From assembly GCA_043808015.1 (NCBI GenBank), contig JAZDFI010000007.1, positions 10,834 to 74,833 of the forward strand: 64,000 nt of DNA, in the 5' to 3' direction. The DNA is from Candidatus Aenigmatarchaeota archaeon. Its GTDB lineage: Archaea > Aenigmatarchaeota > Aenigmatarchaeia > QMZP01 > QMZT01. The notes under the pieces are model-generated. The model had not been told where the DNA came from and did not search any database. It saw nothing but the letters and a program-made list of their open reading frames with translations. The first letter of the stretch is position 1. Each line of letters opens with the position of its first letter. This document shows, piece by piece, positions 19,618-27,941 of this stretch. A program made the position numbers and the translations under genes.

Positions 19618-19869
19618 ATGGGAGACGTAATAGTTGTTTTCAGGATAACGCCGGATGACATGATTCATTTCGATAAAATTAAGCACGAGCTGGAGAAGTT
19701 CAAGCCGCAGCGCCTCGAAGAGGAGCCGCTTGCCTTCGGCATCAAGGCGTGGAAGTTCACAATAATAATACCCGACGCAGAGGGGACGCTTCCGGCCATG
19801 GAAGAAAAGCTCGCGAAAATCAGCGGCGTGCAGAACGCCGAAACCGTCGAGATTTCAAGAAGCCTTTGA
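19618..19869 (+). CDS. ef1b: Elongation factor 1-beta
   Basis: MGDV..; EEPLAFGIKA motif. Confidence 0.92.
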   Translation: MGDVIVVFRITPDDMIHFDKIKHELEKFKPQRLEEEPLAFGIKAWKFTIIIPDAEGTLPAMEEKLAKISGVQNAETVEISRSL

Positions 19870-19936
19870 GCCACGCTTAGACTTTATCGCGGCATTTTTC
19901 TGCTTTTTTAAACCCACTTGAACCAATATATTCTAT

Positions 19937-20881
19937 ATGAAATTCAGTAAAATCTCAGGCATGATATTGTTCATCCTTGCTCTTAATTGTTTCATCTTGC
20001 CTGTAAATGCTTTAAACCTAGATTACTATGGCATAGAGAGCCGCGTTCAGGAAGATACGACCGTTTCGAACGTCGTTACGCTTACGATGGACCAGAATGT
20101 CACCAATTTCGAATACAAAATGAAATACATGGCGTTAAACCTAAATTTCGAGTCCGACCAGTCTCCAATCGACTGCCAGACCAAGGTGACGGACACGACG
20201 CTCATCTCGTGCAGTTTCGTAAACCCCAGGCCGGGTGTGAAGGCGAACGTCAGGATAACTTTCGAGGCGACAGGCCTCGTGGAAAAGAAAAACGATGATT
20301 ACCAGTTCTCCAATTTCGTCTCGATGGATGCGAACGCGAAAAGGTTCTTCAACGTTATCTACCTGCCGACGTCGTCGTCGCTCGCTACAGACATCTCGAA
20401 CGAATCGTTCTCGCCGCGCAACGGCAAAACGCTTAGCGACGGCAAGCACATAATGGTCTACTGGGACAAGGAGAACGTCGAAGCGGGCGATGACCTGTAT
20501 TTCTCCGCGACCTACAGGACAGCGGCCGCCAACATGATGGGCGTTTACGGCGTGGGCATAATGGTCGTGATAGCGGTCGTGATAATCGCTTCGCTGGGCA
20601 TGTATTACGTGCGCTCGATCCGCAGGCAGGATTCCGTAAAGGTGGTCATGCCTCTGCTCAAGAGGGACGAGAAGATGATCGTCGACATCATGAGAAAGCA
20701 CGGCGACACCGTCAACCAGAAGATCATCGTGCGCGAAAGCGATTTCTCGAAGGCCAAGGTTTCGAGAATAATCGCCGACCTGAAGGAGCGCGAAGTCGTC
20801 GAAGTGGAAAGCATGGGCAGGACCAACAAGATAACGCTGAAAATAAAGAAGTGGACAAAAGAAGACAATAAGCCGCAATAA
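19937..20881 (+). CDS. Membrane protein with extracellular domain and C-terminal wHTH
   Basis: Signal peptide, TM, then QKIIVRESDFSKAKVSRII..L...GRTNKI. Confidence 0.8.
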   Translation: MKFSKISGMILFILALNCFILPVNALNLDYYGIESRVQEDTTVSNVVTLTMDQNVTNFEYKMKYMALNLNFESDQSPIDCQTKVTDTTLISCSFVNPRPGVKANVRITFEATGLVEKKNDDYQFSNFVSMDANAKRFFNVIYLPTSSSLATDISNESFSPRNGKTLSDGKHIMVYWDKENVEAGDDLYFSATYRTAAANMMGVYGVGIMVVIAVVIIASLGMYYVRSIRRQDSVKVVMPLLKRDEKMIVDIMRKHGDTVNQKIIVRESDFSKAKVSRIIADLKEREVVEVESMGRTNKITLKIKKWTKEDNKPQ

Positions 20882-20883
20882 AA

Positions 20884-21753
20884 CTATTTGCTTTTTTCCT
20901 TCATGCTCTTGACGAGATCCGCCAGCGAGCGCATCGATTCGAGCATCGGTGACAAAGAGTCTTTAAGTGCCTTCTCCATCGATTCCATCCGGCCGTTTAT
21001 CTCGTCCATGTTCCTGGAGTAGCCGTCTATCTTGCCCTCGATGCCCTTTACCTCATTGCTCTTTTCCATGCGCACCCTGTTCATCTCATCCGAAATCGAG
21101 TCGACTTTTCTGGTCACCTGCTGGAACTGCATGTCTATCGCCTTGAAGTGTTCCTTGAGCTCGCGCAGCTTCTCCTCGACTATGACTTCGGCGAGCTCCT
21201 CGATTTCGCGCCTGTCAACACCCTTCGTCTGGCCTCTCATGCCCATTGCCGGCGCGGGCCTTCTCGGGGCGGGCTCGTTGAAGTAATCGCCTTCCGGCAT
21301 GTCAGGGTATTGCGGCTCTCTCTGTTCCGCCGGCGAATCGTAAGGCGGCGGCGTTATGTCATCATCGTCCATGTCGGCTCCCGGATAGGCAAGTCCCTTG
21401 GGTATTTCCTCCCTTTCCGGCGCCTCTTCCGGCGGAGGCCCTAATGACGCCTCGCCGTATTCGTTGACCATGGGTTTGTTGTTGTAGAAGTTGCCGGAGA
21501 CCCTGCTGCGCAGCGCCTCCTTCATGGCCTGGTCTATCTCGCCCGTGGCATACCCTTCTCTTCGAAGATTCCTTATTATGTCGGGCTCCGACATCCCCCT
21601 CGACGACCATGCCCTCACCTCATCGGTGGGTACGATGCGCCTTTCGGGGGGACCTCTCGCAGGGGCCGGCGGACCGAAAGCTTCGCCACCCATGCCCGGT
21701 GGGCCTTTACTCTTTTTTTTGCCGCCAAAAGGATTAAGATTCACTGCGAACAC
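20884..21753 (-). CDS. Pro-rich / coiled-coil hypothetical protein
   Basis: 289 aa; C-terminal heptad pattern. Confidence 0.7.
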   Translation of the reverse strand: MFAVNLNPFGGKKKSKGPPGMGGEAFGPPAPARGPPERRIVPTDEVRAWSSRGMSEPDIIRNLRREGYATGEIDQAMKEALRSRVSGNFYNNKPMVNEYGEASLGPPPEEAPEREEIPKGLAYPGADMDDDDITPPPYDSPAEQREPQYPDMPEGDYFNEPAPRRPAPAMGMRGQTKGVDRREIEELAEVIVEEKLRELKEHFKAIDMQFQQVTRKVDSISDEMNRVRMEKSNEVKGIEGKIDGYSRNMDEINGRMESMEKALKDSLSPMLESMRSLADLVKSMKEKSK

Positions 21754-21791
21754 CCCGTCTATTATATTCTTTGTAGCATCCTCTTAAAATA

Positions 21792-22190
21792 CTATTTTGA
21801 AAGCTTTTCCTCGACAAACCTTTCCATCTCTTCCCTGGTGACGAAACTCGATTTCATCGGGTCGTATATCGAGACGAGCTGCTTAAGCTCATCGAGATTC
21901 GCCCTGGTGGCGACGAGCTTCAGCTGCTTGAGTATCTCCTTGTACGCGGTCTCTATCTTCTCTATCCTATCGTCTATCTGGGATATGGTCGTGTTCTTGT
22001 CCGAGAGCTCCTTCTGCATGTTCTTGGTGTAAGAAACGACGTTCTGCTCGGCGGAATTTATCCTGAGGTCGGCCGCCTGCATCTTTTGCTCTATGACCCT
22101 CAGCCGCTGCACGTTCTCGTTGACCCTGTTTATCAGGTCCACCATTATCCTTTCCTGTTTCTCGTCTGGCGATTTGCCGAAAACAGCCAT
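21792..22190 (-). CDS. Coiled-coil hypothetical protein
   Basis: Start at MAVFGKS; heptad pattern. Confidence 0.7.
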   Translation of the reverse strand: MAVFGKSPDEKQERIMVDLINRVNENVQRLRVIEQKMQAADLRINSAEQNVVSYTKNMQKELSDKNTTISQIDDRIEKIETAYKEILKQLKLVATRANLDELKQLVSIYDPMKSSFVTREEMERFVEEKLSK

Positions 22191-22280
22191 ATTTAGATTA
22201 TATCCCGGTTTATTAATAAATCCGGAAAAAGGCGGGTTATGACAATACGCAAATAAAAAATTACATGCGAGTAGTTGTAA

Positions 22281-22544
22281 ATGGACGTTTTCATCCATTC
22301 CAATAGCGACTTGAAATGCCTGGGAAAATACACAGGCTACAACGCCGCCTTCAACTACAAGCCGCCGTTCGCGAAAGAAATTAATGTCGAGGGAAGGCTG
22401 CTTGGAGCGGGCAGGTCTTACAATCCATTCAGAAAATACCCGGCGCTCAGTGTCGAGATGAAGGATGGCGGCACCAGAAGGTTTTACGCCGGCCGGATAA
22501 AGGACAGCGGCTTATATTACATGAGCCTCTGGAGCGGCTTCTGA
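22281..22544 (+). CDS. Hypothetical (orphan) protein
   Basis: 87-aa ORF filling the gap. Confidence 0.45.
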   Translation: MDVFIHSNSDLKCLGKYTGYNAAFNYKPPFAKEINVEGRLLGAGRSYNPFRKYPALSVEMKDGGTRRFYAGRIKDSGLYYMSLWSGF

Positions 22545-22557
22545 CACAACTAGCGAT

Positions 22558-23505
22558 TCACTGGAAATAAACTATCTTGTGTATTTTGGAATAGATGAAA
22601 TAGTTGACTTCTCTTATCTCGTCACCGAAAAGCGACCTCATCTCCTTGAGTATGTTCTGGAAATCTATGTGGTTCGCCACCAGAATCTCGACTTCAAAAT
22701 CCGCAAAGACGACAGTTTCATCCATGTAAACAATGTTCGGATGGGCGTTGGCGTACTGGACCATCTCCTCGTATTTTTCGCGGTCCTTGAGTTTCAGGTT
22801 CAGCTTATAGAGGCAGTAGCCTATTTTCTCTGAGTTTATTTTGGCCCTGAATCCCTTTATGACGCCGTCCCTCACCAGCTTCTGTATCTGGTATCTCACT
22901 ATGCCCGGAGTGTATCCCGTCGCCCTCGCAATCTCCGTCTCGGAAAGCCTGGCCTTCGCGCCCAGTATCCTGAGTATATTTTCCGCCTTCGCGTTTATGT
23001 GGACTTTGCCCTGGTTGCTGCCTATCTGACTGATTATCTTTCTTTCACCGTTGAGGAAGCCGTAGCTGTGGTCGTAAGCCCTGGTATACGGCGTGAGTAT
23101 GTAACGGTTGACATGTCTCTGGTAAATGGACATGAAGCTTATCCAGAAGTCCCTCAGCTCGTAAATGTTTTTTGTCCACAGGACGAAGCCCAGGTCCCAT
23201 TCCCCGTCAATGCTGCCGGCCCACCAGACGCAGTGGTTTCTGACCAGAAAATTTATCATTTTCTTCTCGAGCTCGGGGTTCACAAGATGCCACTTGAAAT
23301 AACCCTTGTATCCCTGATATCCGAGCCTCGTTGTATCTATGACCGTGAAGAAGCCTTCTATTATCCCGTTTTTCAGCATATTCTTGATTCTGTAGTTGAC
23401 TATCGACTTGTTTATTCTGAGTCGTCGGGCTATGTCCGTGTTGGTCCGCCTGCAATTGCGGTCCAGTTCGAACAGTATCTTTTTGTCCGTGGCGTCGAGC
23501 TGCAT
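22558..23505 (-). CDS. Tandem (double) Lrp/AsnC-family regulator
   Basis: Two HTH+RAM repeats: LDATDKKIL..RIKNM..GII and ILRIL..ARLS..QIQKL..GVI. Confidence 0.88.
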   Translation of the reverse strand: MQLDATDKKILFELDRNCRRTNTDIARRLRINKSIVNYRIKNMLKNGIIEGFFTVIDTTRLGYQGYKGYFKWHLVNPELEKKMINFLVRNHCVWWAGSIDGEWDLGFVLWTKNIYELRDFWISFMSIYQRHVNRYILTPYTRAYDHSYGFLNGERKIISQIGSNQGKVHINAKAENILRILGAKARLSETEIARATGYTPGIVRYQIQKLVRDGVIKGFRAKINSEKIGYCLYKLNLKLKDREKYEEMVQYANAHPNIVYMDETVVFADFEVEILVANHIDFQNILKEMRSLFGDEIREVNYFIYSKIHKIVYFQ

Positions 23506-23596
23506 ATTAAATAATTGAAAATGGTATTTAAATGTTTTTAGTTTTGATGCAAAAAATGGCTTAAAAACTTATTAATTTTTAAAAAATAGCCTAACA

Positions 23597-24982
23597 ATGA
23601 AAGTGCTCGCCGTCAACGCGCCGAACGTTCCCAACACCGACCGCGACATCCTGATGCCGCAGATAGACCTGATGCAGGGAGCGGGCCTGCTCGAAAGGCT
23701 GGGCCACGAGGTCGCTTTCTACGACATGGATGCCAAGAGGCACGACGAGGCGGACCTGCAGAATAAGCTCGTGGATTACAAGCCGGATTTCATGTACATG
23801 CTTTTCGACGAGGTGGTGCAGATACATTCCCACGAAGGCCTCGACGAGGCGATGAAGATGTCAAAGGCCGCCAGAAAGACCGGGACAAAGGTGCTGATGG
23901 GCGGCACGATACCGAGCTTTTTTCACGAGCGCATACTCGGGCGCGGCGAAGCCGACGCGGTCCTCATAGGGCCGCCGGGGCCGGCGCTGCTCGAGCTTTT
24001 TTCAGATTCGAAGGCTGGATTCGAAGGCAAGCGCAGGCTGGCCCGCCTACAGAACGGAAAAGTTGCGGGACCGGGCATAATGGAAAAATGGCTCACCGAA
24101 GGGTTCACGCTGGACGAAAGCTACGGCCTCGCCGCGAGGCATCTCGTCGACGAGTCGGACTATCCCATCGACGTGAGATCCATCGCGACCAGCAGGGGAT
24201 GCAGGCCGAGGGGCAAAGGCTGCAGCTTCTGCCCTTATTCGACTTTCTGGGGAGCGAGAAAGGAGTTCTCTACAGAGCACGTCCTCCGCGACATAGGCCA
24301 GGTCCTGGAGCGCGGCCATGGAAAAATAATTTTGCTCGATTCCACATTCACGTACAATCCGGAGAGCATGAAAAGGATGGCGGAAGGCATAGTTGAAAGG
24401 GGCTACAAGGTAAAATTCGGCGACCTCAGCAGGGCGGACATGGACCTCAGATACCTTGACGCGCTGCAGAAAGCCGGCCTGTCGTTCATACACTACGGTG
24501 TGGAATCAGGAGACGACGCCACTCTTTACGAGCTGAGAAAGGGCATCACGACGGACCAGATAAGGCACGCGTTCGACGAGGCGAAGCAGAGGGGCCTCCG
24601 GACAAGAGCCTCCATAATAATAGACGCCGGCAAAACCAGAACGTCCGTGGACAGAACCGTCGACCTGATGCTGGAAGTGAAACCCGATGAAATAAAGGCG
24701 CACTTCCTTTCGCCGCGCATCTATTCAGAGCACGGCAAGGAAATAACGTGGGACAGGCAGAGCATATTCGGCGACAAAACAACTGTGGAAAACCCGATAA
24801 AGGAATACGCCCGCGAAAGGCTTGACGGCATGTGCAGCGAGCTTGGGAAGGAAGGCTATGTCCAATTGCTTGATTCTTATGCTGCCCCGGGGTTCTGGAA
24901 AGGCCTCTGGGAGAAGGGGGAGATGGGCGAAAATGTCAGGTTCATATCCGTTGCGCCGGCAAGATACGGCATCTGCTGGTAG
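23597..24982 (+). CDS. B12-binding-domain radical SAM protein
   Basis: N-terminal Rossmann-like domain (MGG..PS); TSRGC-x6-CSFC; GVESG. Confidence 0.85.
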   Translation: MKVLAVNAPNVPNTDRDILMPQIDLMQGAGLLERLGHEVAFYDMDAKRHDEADLQNKLVDYKPDFMYMLFDEVVQIHSHEGLDEAMKMSKAARKTGTKVLMGGTIPSFFHERILGRGEADAVLIGPPGPALLELFSDSKAGFEGKRRLARLQNGKVAGPGIMEKWLTEGFTLDESYGLAARHLVDESDYPIDVRSIATSRGCRPRGKGCSFCPYSTFWGARKEFSTEHVLRDIGQVLERGHGKIILLDSTFTYNPESMKRMAEGIVERGYKVKFGDLSRADMDLRYLDALQKAGLSFIHYGVESGDDATLYELRKGITTDQIRHAFDEAKQRGLRTRASIIIDAGKTRTSVDRTVDLMLEVKPDEIKAHFLSPRIYSEHGKEITWDRQSIFGDKTTVENPIKEYARERLDGMCSELGKEGYVQLLDSYAAPGFWKGLWEKGEMGENVRFISVAPARYGICW

Positions 24983-25075
24983 GCGAATCGCCAAAAAGAA
25001 GGAAGACAAGTGGGAAACGTGCTATTTTTTCATGTGAGCTGCTTTTTGGCGTGACCGTGAAAATATAAAAAGTCA

Positions 25076-25232
25076 TGCGGGAGCAGGGATTCGAACCCTG
25101 GAAGCTACTAAAGCACTAGGCTTTTCCATGGCTTTTTCAGCCACACCTGAACTTAGCCATACCTAAACTTGGCCATACCAGTCGAAGCGAACTTAGGTAT
25201 TCTAGCCCCTTTGACCGCTTGGGTACCCCCGC
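25076..25232 (-). tRNA. tRNA-Leu with introns at 30/31 and 37/38 and two alternative anticodon micro-exons (UAG 25162-25168; CAG 25146-25152)
   Basis: Mature GCGGGGG-TA-CCC..GGG-G-CTAGG-TT(T/C)AGGG-CCTAG-long variable arm-CAGGG-TTCGAAT-CCCTG-CTCCCGC-A; BHB-like motifs at each junction. Confidence 0.9.
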
Positions 25233-25274
25233 GATTGTTTCGAGTGATTTTTCACATGGCACATTCGATGCGTC

Positions 25275-25436
25275 TTACTTGAGCCACATTTTTCTGAGTT
25301 TCGCTTTCCTCGTGAGCTCCTCGTCCTCTTCGAAATGCACGCCGCGGCACTTGGCGCATATCATCCTGCCGTTGACGTTCTTGAGGCTCGTGGAAGGCTC
25401 TCCGCACTTGTCGCAGTATTTTTCAAACACGGGCAT
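25275..25436 (-). CDS. 53-aa zinc-finger protein (not in ORF track)
   Basis: MPVFEKYCDKCGEPSTSLKNVNGRMICAKCRGVHFEEDEELTRKAKLRKMWLK. Confidence 0.7.
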   Translation of the reverse strand: MPVFEKYCDKCGEPSTSLKNVNGRMICAKCRGVHFEEDEELTRKAKLRKMWLK

Positions 25437-25502
25437 TTGCTATCACTGTAGAATACATAGTATTTCACAGTTTAAAAACTTGAGCGCCCGTGACCAGCGA
25501 CG

Positions 25503-26270
25503 CTAGAATCTCTTGGCGTTCCACTCGAAAAAATGTTTCGCAAGCGACTTCGCGTCGCGCGGCTCCGCGTCCTTTATCGCGTAGAAATACGCCAGCAACA
25601 TCTCGGGCAGATTGTGGTTGCGGCCCTCGCCCTTCAGAAGCATTGAGCGCAGCTCGCCGATGAAAGCGGCCGAGTCAAAGTTTTTTCTTTTCTGCACCGC
25701 GGAGAATTCCGCGATGTCGTCGCTCCTGACTTTCGCCCTGGCCAGTTTTATCGCACTTCTCCTCGCGAATGCTTTGCGCAATTCAGAATGATGCTTGTTG
25801 TCATTGTAATTGAACGTGTCTATGTAGGACGCTTTTTGTTTTCTCAGCTTCTCAAGGCGGAAGAGAAGCGACTTGAAAAGCTCGCTTTCATGGACGTTTT
25901 TCATCGACGCCAGGATATTGGCCAGCACGTCGCGCGAAAGCGTCTTGCCGCCGTATTTGAAGAATCTGTAATCCCTTTGCCCGAGGGTTTCGGATGTTAT
26001 CTTCGGGTAATGCCTGCACGTGTGGGGCTTCGCCGCGTGGCCGTGGCGGCTGTGTATGACGCATAGGTTTTTGCGGTCGAGAAAAATGCATCTCCTCTTG
26101 CCCGGGCTCGTCTTAAGGATTGGCACGTGCCTTGTCTCCAGAAAATCGTCGAGCTTGTAGCCCAGTGAAACGAGCGAGCGGATGTCCTCTTTGGAGAGCT
26201 CGATGTCCAGGCCCGTGCAGCATGCGCCGCAGTTGGTGCACCTGTCGCGACTGCCGCAGCCGTAGTTCAT
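25503..26270 (-). CDS. YkgJ-family cysteine-cluster protein
   Basis: CTNCGACC...CIFL...CVIH...KPHTCRHYP. Confidence 0.85.
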   Translation of the reverse strand: MNYGCGSRDRCTNCGACCTGLDIELSKEDIRSLVSLGYKLDDFLETRHVPILKTSPGKRRCIFLDRKNLCVIHSRHGHAAKPHTCRHYPKITSETLGQRDYRFFKYGGKTLSRDVLANILASMKNVHESELFKSLLFRLEKLRKQKASYIDTFNYNDNKHHSELRKAFARRSAIKLARAKVRSDDIAEFSAVQKRKNFDSAAFIGELRSMLLKGEGRNHNLPEMLLAYFYAIKDAEPRDAKSLAKHFFEWNAKRF

Positions 26271-26309
26271 GTAATATTATTGTCGTCAAATTTTAAAAAG
26301 AATAAAACA

Positions 26310-26454
26310 TGCCCCGGCCGGGATTTGAACCCGGGTCACCGGCTTTCTTCGTGAAGTCATTGTCTCGCATGGGTCATCCAGCGAAACTCTTACCTTTCGA
26401 GACTTCGAAAAGCACCCGAAAGGCCGGTATCCTTGGCCACTAGACTACCGGGGC
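26310..26454 (-). tRNA. tRNA-Glu(UUC) with 72-nt canonical intron (26345-26416)
   Basis: GCCCCGG acceptor; CCGGC-CT-TTC-G|intron|A-GCCGG; BHB central helix CTTT/GAAG, GTG/CAC. Confidence 0.92.
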
Positions 26455-26541
26455 GTGCCTGATAACAATAATCACTGTGTCTTTTATTTATATATTGATA
26501 AGAGGCGCTGGAAAAAAGCACGTCAAAGCTTTGGAAAAAGA

Positions 26542-26614
26542 TGGGTCCAGCCGGACTCGAACCAGCGATCTTCTGCACGTCAAGCAGACGTCATAGCCAC
26601 TAGACCATGGACCC
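26542..26614 (-). tRNA. tRNA-Val(GAC)
   Basis: GGGTCCA/TGGACCC acceptor; TCTGC-TT-GAC-GT-GCAGA; TTCGAGT T-loop. Confidence 0.95.
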
Positions 26615-26704
26615 GTGACCAGCGAAGGACGCAGGCAAGCCCGCGTCGAAATGCCGCCGGTTTACAACATATTATTCCAATGCGTTTTTATAAATTCGGC
26701 GTGA

Positions 26705-26776
26705 TGGGCCGGAAGGGAATTGAACCCTTGATCTTCGCCGTGTGAAGGCGACGTCATGCCACTAGACCACCAGCCC
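26705..26776 (-). tRNA. tRNA-Val(CAC)
   Basis: GGGCTGG/CCGGCCC acceptor; TCGCC-TT-CAC-AC-GGCGA. Confidence 0.95.
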
Positions 26777-26790
26777 GCCGGCACTATCAA

Positions 26791-27471
26791 TTATTGCAAT
26801 TTATCTTTTAAAAGTAATTCTCCGTTGGCTTCTGTCCTGATCCTGACCAGATCCTTGAGCTGATCCCTGGTGACAATGCTTATCATGGCTCCGCTGCTGC
26901 CAGGCAAGAGAAGTTCCATGTCAGAGAAATCGAGGCCTTCGGCTATTTTCCTGAATTTTTCCACGTATGCATTTTTTTCCTCGGGTTTTTTGTCGGAGAA
27001 CCCCCAGAACGGGTCAAAAACGAACCAGCTGCCGTCGTCCATGGAAACTTCATTTAACGCATGAAACCTGAATCTATTCTTTGTGATAAGCCTTTCAAAG
27101 TCCACGTTTTCGGTATATTTTACCGGAATATCAAAGGCCCTGATAAGCGTGGCGGCAAGCAGCGCGTAATCCAGGCAGTTATGGGCAAAGCCTCTCGGCG
27201 TTCCCGGCTCGCCGTATTTGCCGGCAGACTCTATCACCTGCGAGATTGTCCTTTCCCTGCCGAGTCGACCGCCTATGTTGTTTTTGGTCTCGAAATTCCG
27301 GCCCATAAAACTTCTAACGCCCGCCATAACGGCGCGCTTGTGCGACAGGCCTGAATCGCTTTTGCTCCTGTAAGAAGTGTTATATATGTAGTCTGCCGCA
27401 CGCTTCACTACCTCGTCTCTCTGCGAAAATCTTCCCTCGCCGAGATAGTAAGATGCGTTGTATGGACTCAT
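26791..27471 (-). CDS. Transglutaminase-like protein
   Basis: NCLDYA...FHALNEV...WFVFDP Cys-His-Asp triad. Confidence 0.75.
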   Translation of the reverse strand: MSPYNASYYLGEGRFSQRDEVVKRAADYIYNTSYRSKSDSGLSHKRAVMAGVRSFMGRNFETKNNIGGRLGRERTISQVIESAGKYGEPGTPRGFAHNCLDYALLAATLIRAFDIPVKYTENVDFERLITKNRFRFHALNEVSMDDGSWFVFDPFWGFSDKKPEEKNAYVEKFRKIAEGLDFSDMELLLPGSSGAMISIVTRDQLKDLVRIRTEANGELLLKDKLQ

Positions 27472-27509
27472 ATTACTACTTATAAGTTAATAATTTATAA
27501 ACACTGTTT

Positions 27510-27537
27510 TGGCTGAAATCCGGCTAAAATTCAGCCA
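27510..27537 (-). terminator. Hairpin downstream of tRNA-Ser
   Basis: TGGCTGAA...TTCAGCCA inverted repeat. Confidence 0.4.
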
Positions 27538-27551
27538 TGAAAAAGAAAATA

Positions 27552-27673
27552 CGCTGGGAGCAGGATTTGAACCTGCGCGGGCAGAAGCCCAATGGATTTC
27601 ACGCAATCACAGGCTTTCGCCTCTTCTTATCCATTCGAGTCCATCGCCTTGAACCTAGCTCGGCCATCCCAGC
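27552..27673 (-). tRNA. tRNA-Ser(CGA) with 36-nt canonical intron (27598-27633)
   Basis: GCTGGGA/TCCCAGC-G; ATGGA-CT-CGA-A|intron|A-TCCAT; long variable arm GGGC-TTCT-GCCC. Confidence 0.9.
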
Positions 27674-27740
27674 ATTGTTTAGTGTTATGCTCCAGTTTGC
27701 AGTTTTACAGTATTTATTATAAATCTCTTTTATATTAGTT

Positions 27741-27941
27741 ATGAAAATCATCGCCGAGTTCCAGGGCAGGAAACACACGCTCGTCCTGCCGGATAAAGCG
27801 AAAGCGATAGACGCCGTGCAAAAGCTCGGCGTGAACCCGGAAACAGTCCTCGTCAAGCGCGGCAGGGAGATAATAACTGACGACGAGCCGCTGGCGAACA
27901 ACGATAAAATAGAGCTGATAAAAGTCGTTTCAGGCGGATGA
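27741..27941 (+). CDS. Ubiquitin-like sulfur carrier (ThiS/MoaD/SAMP)
   Basis: 66 aa ending in VVSGG; near NcsA. Confidence 0.9.
   Translation: MKIIAEFQGRKHTLVLPDKAKAIDAVQKLGVNPETVLVKRGREIITDDEPLANNDKIELIKVVSGG

Noticed and set aside
26345-26416. Alternative Glu(CUC) micro-exon (TCTCG) within the tRNA-Glu intron
   Set aside because: No convincing BHB could be built for either required junction.
25487-26625. 14-bp direct repeat CCCGTGACCAGCGA (25487-25500 and 26612-26625) as att sites
   Set aside because: It is short, overlaps the 5' rather than the 3' end of tRNA-Val, and no integrase is present. Chance cannot be excluded.
27598-27637. Alternative Ser(UGA) isoform: the tRNA-Ser intron ends ...GCG TGA AA, so a 33/34 splice would give anticodon UGA
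   Set aside because: The required BHB is poor (TGGA/ATTG with three wobbles and a mismatch, no flanking helices). It is worth a look in tRNA-seq but is not supported by structure.
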